This document shows positions 1 to 9,880 of a DNA stretch of 64,000 bases, piece by piece. Source of the DNA: Raillietiella orientalis (lineage: Eukaryota); NCBI GenBank assembly GCA_036172245.1, contig JAYWIR010000009.1, positions 2,914,001 to 2,978,000 on the forward strand, written 5' to 3'. The stretch's first letter is position 1, and each line of letters starts with the position of its first letter. The notes under the pieces are model-generated. The model did no database searches. It saw nothing but the letters and a program-made list of their open reading frames with translations, and was not told where the DNA came from. Position numbers and translations under genes: made by a program.

Positions 1-64
1 CAAGTCGTCGGGGGTTGTTGGTTTGGCCGTGCAAGGTGATCGGGCGGCAGCAACCGCACGTTGC

Positions 65-431
65 TGATTTCGAGCTCGTATCCTTGGTCACCTCTTTCGT
101 GCCTTCCGAAACGCTTGGCCAATTCCTCCCGGGCCAGCAGCAGGCGCACTGCCGTCCGTGCCTCCCGGCTGGTGACAGTCGTGCGCTTCTTGCGGTGCGA
201 CAAAGGGATGCTTCTCTTCTGCAGCGGTGTTCTCGAAGACGAGGCTGTTCATGATCGACATGCGAGATACCCGTGTGCGGGTGCACCTGCTTCGACACTT
301 TGTCGATGGAGATCGCGTAGCTTTCCTTCCCCTTCCGCTTTTTCTTGTTCTTCCCCTTCTTCCTTGTTCCCTGTCTTCTGAGCTTTACCAGCCTTCTTTG
401 CTGCTTTTCCACTTCCGGACTTGGGAGTCAT
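65..431 (-). pseudogene. H2B: Histone H2B pseudogene (frameshifts, deletions, lost stop)
   Basis: The minus strand reads MTPKSGSGKAAKKAGKAQK, then after frameshifts KESYAISIDKVSKQVHPHTGIS, KKRTTVTSREARTAVRLLL and VSEGTKEVTKDTSSK. These match invertebrate H2B end to end but in several frames. No clear histone stem-loop is visible downstream. Confidence 0.92.
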
Positions 432-539
432 CGTACTCTTTTGCACTCCTTCTACGCACTTTTCACTAGGCGAGAATTACGCGCTTCATACTACACTGTC
501 AGTCCCTTGAGCTGACCAAAGGGTGCATTGCCTAGGGCA

Positions 540-900
540 GACGCAAGATCTGTTGTGCAGGACGTACCCAGATCAATCGAGCGAGAGTTTTGTGGATTGT
601 GAGGTCACCCACACTTGTATGAATACAAAAAAAAAAGGTTGTCCTCGTGGAGTTTCTTCGAGGAATCGGTTAGTCTTGCAGTGGACGGTTAGCCTGCGAG
701 ATCTTTTCCTAACGAAGGACCATCGTTAACTGTAGTTCTGTAGGCACTTGTCTTGCACTCCATCCTTCAGTAATCTTGTTTGTAACGGAGTGAAGTGTGG
801 CAAAAATCTTCTCGAAGTAAAAAACGAAGGAGGCAAATTGTGTGCCCAAACAAGTGATTAAGGTGAACTCACTGGATAACCAGTTCCTCTGCACTGCACG
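540..900 (-). mobile_element. Decayed Ty3/Gypsy-like reverse transcriptase fragment
   Basis: TLITCLGTQFASFVFYFEKIFATLHSVTNKI resembles the LTR-RT segment TAFxTxxGxYQFxxMPFGLxNxxATFQxxxNx. A downstream D*SGYVL resembles YLGHxI. Heavily degenerate. Confidence 0.4.
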
Positions 901-2885
901 GCTGTCTCATCCTTTTAGACATACTCTGCCACAATAGTGCGTAACCCTTGGACTCTTCGATGCTCCCTCTTTCGACCCCTCGCAAAGCTGCTCTTTCCTT
1001 CTACACCACCATGTTGCTTCTTCCTTCCACCCTTCTACATCACCATGTTTCTCCTTCCTTGGTTTCATCTACAGGGTTGCCTTTCCTTCCTTTCACTTCC
1101 TGACACCCCCCATTGCGCTGTGGCTGCTGGAACCGCCCTACACGGTGCTGTTGTAAAACCTTCGACGCCACTGTGCTGAAGTGGCGGTGTGGTGGTTTGA
1201 ACCAGAACAGTTTGTGCTAACCACAGAATGCTCTTCAACTCCCTTGTACCCTGCGTGCGACGAGGAACGCAAGGAACTCGTGGAGGTGGTGAATCCCTCT
1301 CGTTCGCGCGCCGACGAAGCTCCTGCACGGATGTCGTCGGAGATGGGAGGTGCACTGCTGCTGCACGAACCATGGCGCTCCCAGGTTTCCCACCAGGGAG
1401 GAGACGGGGAAAGGAAGCGAAGCTCTCGCAAGCCGAGCGCCGGCGCTGGCTCCGGACTGTCTTGCTCCTGCCGAGCGCTCGCTCACCGCCTCTGTCTGCG
1501 CTTTCCTCCGGACCCCCCTTGCGTTGCAGCAGGAGGTCTGTTGGTGGGACGAGTCCCGAACTTTGGCCGAGGACAGATCCGGCAATTTCGTCTTCAGGCG
1601 ACGCATGCACCGAGTCGGACGCGGAGCGGAGCCCGCCGAAGTTTCCTCTCTCCGTCATCGCGCAGGTCATCGTCAAGGCAAGCACGCAGAGTCCTTTACG
1701 CTGCTCTGGGTGAAAGGGTGGTGAGCGCGCTCCTGTTTCTTCATGGAAGATTCTCGTCTTTCGCCCACGTTTCCCAAGAGAGCGACACGCCATCGATGGG
1801 CCCTGCAGAGTGCGTCGCGGAAGAACTCTTCTTCCTGACCACTCTCTAGCGGGAGCTGCACGTGCTCTTTCCCCGATCCTCCAACCTCCTGTTTCCAGGA
1901 GACCAGAGGGCGTGGAAAGCGGGAAGGGTTCATGGGAGCAGGATCCCGCGCGCTAGGCATGGGGCAACGCGGTCGTCGGACTGTCCACTCCGCTCGGGGG
2001 CCTACTCACGGGAGAGAGAGAACCACCTCCGTGCAGACCGAAAGGAAGGAAGAGTCAGGGCGTGTGCCTTTCGTCGCCTCCTGCGTCTGGACCGGTGCAG
2101 GAGTTTCTTTGCGGTGGCCTCACTTTTGATTACGAAGGGCTCGAGAACCGAGGACTGCACGCGAAGGGTCCGTTTCCACCGCCGGCCCCTTGTCCTCCAA
2201 GCTTTCCGACTCTGGCGTGCAAGAATCCCTTCCCATTGTCCTCGGAGTGCGAATTCGAAACCGACCTGCCTGTGCGCTCCTCTTGGGAGAGCGGGGGGTT
2301 CCCTTTCGTACCTTCCCGCACCCCTCAGGCAACCGCTGGAGGCATACACGACTCCGGCAAGGGCTACTTGATCGCCATCCCCGGAAGCGGTCGGGCGCGA
2401 AGGATCGGGTCGTCGTCGTCCCCATCTTCCTCTTTCTTGTATCCCTTCCCGTCTTGGTAGAATATCTCTGCATCACGTTCGCGGCGCCACCATCACCTTA
2501 GCTCGGCCATTTTCGTCACCCGTCGTCGAGCGTTGCTGCAGAGGTCATCGTTTGGGCGGCAGGGCTCCACGGCCGAAGGCCCTCTGCGCCGTGACCCAGC
2601 AGTTGCTGACCTTCGCTTTTTCTCTTCTGCCAAGCCGAGGTCAATTGCCCTCCTTTAACGTGGCTCCGCTCGTGTCAGAGACGGTAGTTTCCTCCGCCTC
2701 GTCCGGGAGCTGCAACATCACGGGTGTTCATTATGGGAAGGGGTGAGCGGGCAGTTCGGTCCCCCTCCTCCCCCCCCGCGCTCCTTCTTCAATTCTTTTA
2801 GCCTTTCTAATCGGAGCCGCTTCATGACCACCGCCATTCTTTTCTGTGTTCTTCTGCACTCACGTTGGCTCTGCTCTTCTTTAAG

Positions 2886-3479
2886 TCAAGCCCGAGATCG
2901 ACCGGTCATCTCCGTACTCCAAGGCCGCCAGCGAGAACGGTGGCACTGCGCTACTCGTCTGCAAGGCCGCGGGCGCTCCGAACGTGACCTTCAGCTGGTC
3001 CCGCGAGGGCGCCCTCCTTGACACCAAGAGTAACGGCAAATACGAAAGCGAGGAGCGGCCCGTGGGCTTCACCACCTGGGAGGGGCGGCTGCTGGTGAAG
3101 AACGTCGGCGCGGCGGACTACGGCGGCTACGACTGCATCGCAAGGAACGAGCTGGGCTTCACGACTCACTGCGTGATGCTCAACGTGACCTCCGCTCCAG
3201 ACGCTCCCAAGTCCCTGAGAGTCCTCAACACCACCCACGACGCCGTCGCACTGCAGTGGACCCCAGGATTCAACGGTGGCCTGGCTCAGTACTTCCGCAT
3301 CCGTTACCGTCCAGTGGGAGAAACGGCCTACAAATATGTCGACGTCCCCACTGCAGAAGAGAACGCCTACGTGGTGGGAGACCTCAAGCTCGGAACGGAA
3401 TACACCTTGGCTGTGATGGCCTTCAACGAAAAAGGGCAGAGCGCATTTTCCAACGGGATGACCAAGGCGAAGACTGCCA
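2886..3479 (+). CDS. sns: Nephrin/sticks-and-stones-like cell adhesion protein, exon encoding last Ig (I-set) + FN3 domain
   Basis: Acceptor ttctttaag| at 2885 and donor |gtgagt at 3480, both phase 1. Open frame KPEIDRSSPYSKAASENGGTALLVCKAAGAPNVTFSW...DYGGYDCIARNELG (Ig C-W-DxGxYxC), then PDAPKSL...LQWTPGFNGGLAQYFRIRY...LKLGTEYTLAVMAFNEKGQS (FN3). Upstream exons not identified intact in this window. Confidence 0.93.
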
Positions 3480-4053
3480 GTGAGTACTCTGCCGTCCATC
3501 TCTTTGCGCGCGCATTTTTTAATGGCCCAAAGCGAAATGCGGCGCTGCGTCCCGTGGCCCCGTTCCCCATCAGCACGACGGTCGCACGAAAAGGAGCGCG
3601 CTCCGGATCCCTTGCTGCTTCTGCTGCTCCTCCTCTTCTTCCCGGACTCCGAGCATCCGTCTAAAGTCAACCTCTCCAGCATTTCCTCCTCTTGAAGCAA
3701 GCCCGGATTCTCTTCCTGCTTGGCCCTGAGTGTAGCAGCAGCTGCTGCTGCTAATTTCTTTCTCTTTCTCACAACCACCACCACCAACTCTTCCTCCTCC
3801 CTCTCCATCCTCTTCCTTATCACCACCACCACCAACAAGAACTCCTTGACTTCTCGTCTTCGTTTTCCTACTTTGATCACCATCTCTTTCCTTCTCATCG
3901 TTTTCCTGCTGCTCTTCGCCGTCGTCGTCGTCGTCGTCGTCATCTCTCCCCCCCCCCCCTCCTGCTTCGCCGCCGCTGCTGCGCTCGCCCGGCGTGATGC
4001 ATGCAGAAGATTCCAATCTAACCATGGGGTTCTCTCTGCATGGTTGTCTTCAG

Positions 4054-4221
4054 GTGTGCCTCCTCTGTCTTCGGTCGCTTCCACCGACCGCCCCCTCGCT
4101 GCTACGGGCGTCCCGAGCCAGCTCGTTCTCGTGATAATCCTCGTAGGGATCGCGCTCTTCTTTTTCAACGTTGTTATCGTTGTTTGTTTCTTGCAAAAGC
4201 GCCGGAGAAAGCGGATTCCAG
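4054..4221 (+). CDS. sns: Nephrin-like gene, transmembrane exon A (168 nt, phase 1-1)
   Basis: Splice sites ttcag| and |gtgagt. Encodes VPPLSSVASTDRPLAATGVPSQLVLVIILVGIALFFFNVVIVVCFLQKRRRKRIP, a hydrophobic helix followed by a basic stop-transfer cluster. Confidence 0.82.
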
Positions 4222-4252
4222 GTGAGTCGCACGCTTTTTTCCTGTCTTCCAG

Positions 4253-4432
4253 AAGAGTATCCGTACAGCGCCAAGGTCGAGCTAGTCAGCTCCATATTCC
4301 GGGAGAAGAGGGAGATCGCCGTGATGGTCATCGTGGGCGTGTCGGTCCCCGGCGGCTGCCTGCTCCTGCTGAACGTGCTCTTGGTCGTTTTTTTCCTCCG
4401 TAGGCACCGCAGAAAGCGCTCCGCGTCCGTGG
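4253..4432 (+). CDS. sns: Nephrin-like gene, transmembrane exon B (180 nt, phase 1-1)
   Basis: Polypyrimidine ttttttcctgtcttccag| acceptor and |gtaag donor. Encodes EYPYSAKVELVSSIFREKREIAVMVIVGVSVPGGCLLLLNVLLVVFFLRRHRRKRSASV. Confidence 0.85.
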
Positions 4433-4619
4433 GTAAGGACGCAGGCGGGGAACAGGAAACAGACAGACAAGCAAACATGGCGGCGATCCGGGATCCGAGC
4501 GCGCAAGCGCCCTCGCCCGGCCTGCCGCCCTGCCTTCCCCAGTTGTAGCAGCAGCAGCAGCAGCCTCCGCCTCCTTGTCGCTTTCCAGACCTTGACCTCC
4601 GGTCCTCTTTGCTTTCCAG

Positions 4620-4762
4620 TGAGCGAGCGGGAGAGCAGCAAGTCCGCCACCATGGAGATGTACGTCGCCAGCACGTACAACGAGACGGTGACCGGGGAGA
4701 CGGTCAGCTCGGTGTCCGAGAAGACGGAGAACTACTCTCACGAGGAATCGGTGGACTACGGG
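4620..4762 (+). CDS. sns: Nephrin-like gene, cytoplasmic exon 1
   Basis: Acceptor gctttccag| (phase 1) and donor |gtacgt (phase 0). Encodes SERESSKSATMEMYVASTYNETVTGETVSSVSEKTENYSHEESVDYG. Confidence 0.85.
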
Positions 4763-4855
4763 GTACGTCGCGGGATGGCTTCGTCCCTTCCCGCCCCTCC
4801 CCTGTGGGAGGAACGATGCACCACCCCTCACCCGCTTTCCTTTTTGCTCCTCAAG

Positions 4856-5078
4856 GACGAGGTCGCCAAGAAGGCCACCAGCACGTACCTGGTGGACAAC
4901 CTCGACCCTCCCAGCTACACGGGCTTCCGGCAGAACGAGATGTACGCCTCCAGGACCCTGCCGTTCCCCTGCGGGAGGACCCCCTACGGCGAGAGGGACG
5001 GCAGCCGCCACTACGCCGAGACTCTGCGCAGCGTCGCCGCCGCCGCCGTCGTTGCCCAGCAGCAGCACCAACCGAGCG
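4856..5078 (+). CDS. sns: Nephrin-like gene, cytoplasmic exon 2
   Basis: Acceptor tttttgctcctcaag| (phase 0) and donor |gtgag (phase 1). Encodes DEVAKKATSTYLVDNLDPPSYTGFRQNEMYASRTLP...HYAETLRS...QQQHQPS. Confidence 0.8.
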
Positions 5079-5141
5079 GTGAGACCACTCTCTCTTTCGC
5101 GCGCACGCGCCCGCTCCCCTGACCTGACACCTCTCTTCCAG

Positions 5142-5476
5142 GAGAGTCGCCCGCGGCGAGGGGAGTCGCCACCCCCAGGAGCGGACGTGACTTCCACACG
5201 TACCAGAGCGACGCGCCTTACTCTCCATACCCCTCCCAGAAACTCCTGCCTCCTCTGCCGTCCCAGACTGGCCCTCTCAACCACCTCCACCACCACCACC
5301 ACCACCACCATCACCTCCGGAACGGGACCGTGCCCAACGGCTGCCTGAACCGACCCCAGATCGTGTCGCCCTCCCCCGCACTGCCCCCCGCCGTCCCCGT
5401 GTTCAGCACCTTCAACAACTCGAACGTCCCCCACGACGTGTCTCCCGCCGAAGAACTCGAGGGTCACCTCGTGTGA
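5142..5476 (+). CDS. sns: Nephrin-like gene, terminal exon ending in GHLV PDZ-type motif
   Basis: ctgac branch-like motif and ctctcttccag| acceptor. The open frame has Pro-rich and poly-His tracts and ends EELEGHLV-TGA (5474-5476). C-terminal GHLV is characteristic of nephrin (human ...LRGHLV) and its arthropod orthologues. Confidence 0.9.
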
Positions 5477-5881
5477 GCTTTCTTGGCGGACTGGAGGTCC
5501 GCACCTTACTTCCCATCCCCACCTGCCCGCCTCCTTCGCCGGAAGAGGCTGGAGCCACGTGCAGGGCGCTGCTCGGGCCCACGAGCGCATCCTGACCAGC
5601 AGCCTCGGTTCGCCCCACCGCCGCGGGAAGAAGAACGCCAGCACGCCTCCCCAAGTAAAGGAAGAGGAAAGGGGGAGCTCTCCCGCGTCCCTCGGCACCC
5701 GGCAGCGACAGACGGAAGGAGCTCGGGTCCTCCTCGGGAACGGTTGCGGGAGCTCGTCCCGGGGGAGACGATTTTCTTCCCACGACCCTTCCGTTGGTCG
5801 GCTCCGTGCCACGCGCCCACGAAGGGTGGGGTCGCTCTGGCGATGGGATCGCCGATCTAGTCAGATGATGACGTCAGCAAA

Positions 5882-5887
5882 AATAAA
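5882..5887 (+). promoter_or_regulatory. Candidate polyadenylation signal of nephrin-like gene
   Basis: AATAAA about 400 nt after the stop, followed by GT/T-rich ttgttagttttt. A second AATAAA occurs at 6530-6535. Confidence 0.55.
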
Positions 5888-6949
5888 GCGTTGTTAGTTT
5901 TTGCTCGTCGCCGCTTGCAGGCGGTTGCGAGTCGCGCGAACGTGCCCGCTCGTCGCGGGAAGGGCTGGACGTCATCGAGGTGTTCGCGGGCGCTTCTGCA
6001 TCGCCGTGCGCGCGCGCGATCGATGCACGGGAGAGGGAGGGAGGGAAGAGGACGTGACGTCATCGGGGAGGACAGGAGCGCCTCCGTTCGAGAGGGATTG
6101 CGAGGAGGCTTGGGGCGAAAACCTCCCTTCCCCGGAAACCTGCGCCGGTAATCCCAGCCTCCCGTCCCCGGGTGCAAGGCGGACGCGGCCGACGCACCGT
6201 TACAGCGGAAGGGGGGATTCCGGCTTTGCAGGCTTCCTCCCGGGGATTCCGGGCTCGACCGAACCGGCGGGAAGCCTCGGGGCGGCAACGGGAATCGACT
6301 CGAGCGGAAGGAAGCATGGAGTGACCTCGCATGCAGACATGCCCAAGTGCTTTCCAGGAACCCAAGAAAGACGAGTCGGCGTGCACGCTGCGACGGACCC
6401 GTGCCCGTGCGGACGTCCGCAAAGAACGTCTGGTTCAGCAGCGCGTAGTCCTGGCAACCGTATCGACTGCAAGTGGATTCGAACGAGAAGGCAAGGGAGG
6501 GGGGGGGAGGGAGGTGGAAGAGAGACGTAAATAAATGAAAGTGAAAGCGCTCGTAGATGAGCTGCAGCCGTTTACGTGGCAGAGGTGGTCGGGTGTTTCG
6601 CGCAATCCAAGGGCCGCATTGCTCCCGTCGGTAGTAGCCATTTGGTTCCGGGCGGCTCGACCTTTTTCTCCAGGAGTCGACTTCGACAGGAACCAACGAA
6701 TTCGGTACCGCAGCATCTGTGGCGTGCCGCAGTTTCCTGCTCTCGGAGCAGATGGAAACCGCAGAAGCCGTCGGCCACACAGTTTCAGCATTTCAGTTCT
6801 TTCCGCGTGGTATTCTTTTGTGCCCCAGGTGGGTGAAGGACATTCCTGCGACGGGGCCTTGGCAGCGGCGTGTGGAACTGCCCTACCAGGTGTTTCATCT
6901 TGGAGCTCCTCCCCAGCTCACCATTCATCCGAGGGGCTCCTCGCTTGCT

Positions 6950-7640
6950 TCCTTGCATGGTAGCAGTCCCGGACGGATGGGGGTTCCCCGCGTTTTTAAG
7001 CAATGTCCTGTACCGAGAGGGTTAGGGCAGCGATGGAACCCAGCGTGGGAAGCATGAGACATGACCTCTATCTGACTCGACCACTCTTGTCTCCCCTGCG
7101 CACCTCACTCGCCAGCAACGGTAAGGTCGAGACTGAGAAGCTGCTGCGAGGAAGGCGACGGAGGACCGCCACCTGCCCACAGGGCTAAAGCAAAGAGAAC
7201 GAATCCGAGTGCGTACGGTTGGACACTAGGGAGCAGCCCGAGGACGAGCTGCTTACGCGTCAGCAGCGAAACTCCCGTGCAGGAGGGGCAGGGACGAGAT
7301 CCCTGGGCTCGCGAGCGACGTGCAGGGAGTTCACCGTCTCGCGCCACACGCGGGTGTGCACAACTGCTGGGCGCACGCCATGCTCGGAGTCGCTGCGCCG
7401 GAAGGGTAGCTTCGCACCCATGTGCACCAGCTGCCCTCTGCGGCACCCAGTCGTCGCGGGTTCCGATCCCGCCCGGGGAAGACTCGACGTCGAGAAATTG
7501 GAGGTGCGTCCTGGAACGCAGGACGGCGCTGGTTGGCCATTTCGGGTGCCCCGTTGACCAACCGGGACTGGAAGTGGTCTTTCCGGGTCCTTCCAGGACA
7601 ACCCGCACGAGGGTGGAGGGAAGTCGTTCCGTGCTGCAAC
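6950..7640 (-). mobile_element. Decayed L1/Tx1-type non-LTR RT fragment
   Basis: QPAPSCVPGRTSNF resembles the Tx1 QxCxVPGRxI motif. AKLPFRRSDSEH resembles DxEKAFDRVxH, and PSVQPYALGFVLFALAL resembles GVxQGxPLSxxLFxL. Frameshifted. Confidence 0.6.
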
Positions 7641-7649
7641 TGTCCGCCG

Positions 7650-8440
7650 GTCCTTAGTGTGCAGGTGGGCTGCGTGGATGTCGCTGGAGTACCGGATGCA
7701 CGAAGCCGCCGCCCGGTGCCTCATCCTCCCCGAGTTCTTTTTTCGAACTCCAAGGTCCTGTAGGACTTCCTCATTACCTGGACCCAAGGCTGCCAGAGAA
7801 CCAACGAGGAGAGCATGTACCCTCCATTGCTCCCCCTCTCTGCCTAGCCGGAGGGCTACTTCCGTGCGCTTTGCCCGTTTTCTCCTAGCTGTGCTGAACG
7901 CCTCTCTTCCATCCTCGTACGGGAAGCAGACGTCCAGCACCGTAAGCCTTTTTTCATCACCAAGTCTGGCCTTGAGAGGGAATTCGTTCCGGAAGCTATC
8001 TGGTAGTTCCTGGACACTTGGATCCACTTTGCTTCATCCGCTGCGGCCTTAATCATCTCTTGAATCGCGTCGTGTCGCACGTTCGACAGATGAGTGTGTC
8101 CCCTGCATCTGTTCAATATGTGAGGCAACGCTCCCTCTGCCGTCCGGTAGCACCGACACGCGCGTTCTTCTGGTTTCATCCTGGCTCCAGTCCTGACTGG
8201 TGGGACGTTCGATACGACTGCGTGGATGGACCGGTAGTTCCGGGATCTCGGGTGATCACCATTGGCGAGGAAGAAGCTTGAGGCACGGTGCATGCCCAAA
8301 CAGCTCGGCACATTGCTAGCCAGTTTCCTTCCTCCAGACGATCGGGAACCTCCCCCTGGTCAGCTGTGGCCTCCCTGTGAGCCCTTCGGTTGCGCAAATA
8401 GAGCCATCTATTCCCTGGGGAGGAACCCTCTATCGCGTAC
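7650..8440 (-). mobile_element. RLE-type (NeSL/Utopia/R2-like) non-LTR retrotransposon C-terminal fragment
   Basis: In order: DQGEV; SSFFLANG..YRSIHA..NVPP; CCHC finger CRCYRTAEGALPHILNRC; RHD; RPDL; LDVCFPYED; LLVGSLAALGPGNEEVL; CIRYSSDIHAAHL. This is the restriction-like endonuclease PD-(D/E)xK region, with frameshifts. Confidence 0.85.
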
Positions 8441-8449
8441 CATGGAGCT

Positions 8450-8990
8450 TTTTGACACCGAAGTGTCAAAAAGCGCGCTGCTTCTCCCTTTTTGAGAGAA
8501 CCCCTCAGTGAAATCGGGAGGTGTCCCTTCGGGGTTCTCTTCAGAGGAGGGAAGGAGCAGTCCGGAGTGGTAATTCAAGGAGCGGATCCTTTCTGGTTTC
8601 CCTTCGGAGAAGAAATGCGGAGCGGCCCCCACAAACCGGGAAGTCCCTCCGGAGAGGATAAGGGAGCGATTTCCTTCGGGGTTCCCTCCCAAACGTGAGA
8701 GAGGGACGGATCCCTTCCTCCGGAGATTTCCTGGATTCATAGGGTGGTCCCTCCGGTGTTGCTCTTAAGAATTGCCCTTGCTCTTAAGAATTACGCGTAC
8801 CCCCGGGTAGCGTGAGCAGTGCGAAAGAGCTTCGCCGGCGCCTCCCCCAGGGAGGCGGACGGTTCTTGAGTACTCGGAGATCCCCCAAAAAGAAAAAACA
8901 ACTGAAAGGAAAGCAACGAAAGTAGAGGAACCCAAAGCGATTTGCAGCACCCGGAACCCATTCTTCTCTCTCGCCGGGATGGAGTGCAAG
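8450..8990 (-). mobile_element. Decayed Tx1-like RT central/C-terminal fragment (same family as 58780-59155, 52800-52990, 53190-53480)
   Basis: Shares DNA words with those loci (ctggattcatagggt..ccctcc, cttcggggttctcttc). At 58.4-58.8 kb the family continues into the L1-type post-RT motif PEGRISILTS. Confidence 0.55.
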
Positions 8991-9039
8991 CGAAAGGTGG
9001 ACCGTGACTTCCGGGCCGCGGAAGGGTCCCTTCGAACCT

Positions 9040-9880
9040 CTCCTGACGAGGGAGTTGGTTGGTTGGACCACGGGCCAGCTCACAGACGCTGCAACCCCAA
9101 GTGCCCCACCGAAGGGACTATTGCACTGGGGTGAGCTGCTGAGAATCCCGCAGGAAGACCTCGAGTGGCCCCCAGTGCTGAGGAACGATCGTGCCCTCCC
9201 ACTGAAGTGGCAGGAGTCGGCACTCCTGCTGTTGCACTGAAGTCTCCCGTGCAGCGCCCGCTGTTCTCGCTGGACCCGGAGGAATGTGGACCCCGACTGC
9301 TGTAGGTGCGAGGAACTGGAATCCTTCCCCTACCGCACCTGCTTGTAGACTGTGTTGCCCTCTGGATCCTGTACTTCGATTCGCAATGGCCCTTGGTGCA
9401 CCAGTGAACGCTGCCAGTGACGTGGTGAAACGCCTCTTCGTTCGTGATGCCCTTTCGCCTGCCGCATCCCCAGCAGCTCTTTGCTGCTGCCTATGCGGGG
9501 TTGTGGCGGTCTGGCGCTACGCGAGGGTAGGACGGCACGATAAGACGCCACCTGCTACGTCCTGCGCTTCATCAGGACGACAGCAAGATGGCCCACCTGG
9601 GGCATACTCGGATGGAACTTGCTGGCATCCTGGAAAAAATGCAGCGAACGCCCTCCAGCACCCGGTGATCCCTTCCCTAGCCCTCTTAATTTTTGCATAT
9701 ATATACTTTATTTTCTTTTGAATTTTGTTTGTTCTTTGGTCTTCCTCTGCCGAGGCGAACCTCTCCGGCCTGAGCGACGGTTATTCGGCAGGTTCCGAGC
9801 ATTTCCGGACAATGTAGGGAGATGACCCTACACTTTGTATGTATATTTTTTATAGTAAACATCCCGGCATGACCGGGTGA
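9040..9880 (+). mobile_element. Tx1/L1-like element 3' end, copy A (zf-RVT region + 3' UTR)
   Basis: LEWPPVLRNDRALPLKWQESALLLLH*SLPCSARCSRW..VDPDCCRC..HLLVDC resembles zf-RVT, followed by ARWP and terminal DPFP, a T-rich tract and a structured 3' UTR. Clearly homologous to 59160-59975 and 31270-32030. Confidence 0.8.

Noticed and set aside
3850..3960. Third hydrophobic TM-like stretch (LITISFLLIVFLLLFAVVVVVVVI)
   Set aside because: It derives from intronic CT/GTC low-complexity sequence, with no convincing splice sites or basic stop-transfer motif.
4328..5812. 494-aa minus-strand ORF (also 2951..4168)
   Set aside because: Antisense shadow of GC-rich nephrin exons and low-complexity introns, with no domain features.
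7650..8990. Collinear Tx1-type RT followed by RLE as a dual-endonuclease (Dualen-like) chimera
   Set aside because: The same RT segment leads into an ordinary zf-RVT end in copy D, so the junction near 8445 is more simply two abutting fragments.
9747..9795. 3' UTR pseudoknot as an HDV-like or other known ribozyme
   Set aside because: The strand order resembles P1-P2-P3-P1'-P2', but there is no P1.1, P4 or J4/2 catalytic C. No hammerhead or twister core was seen.
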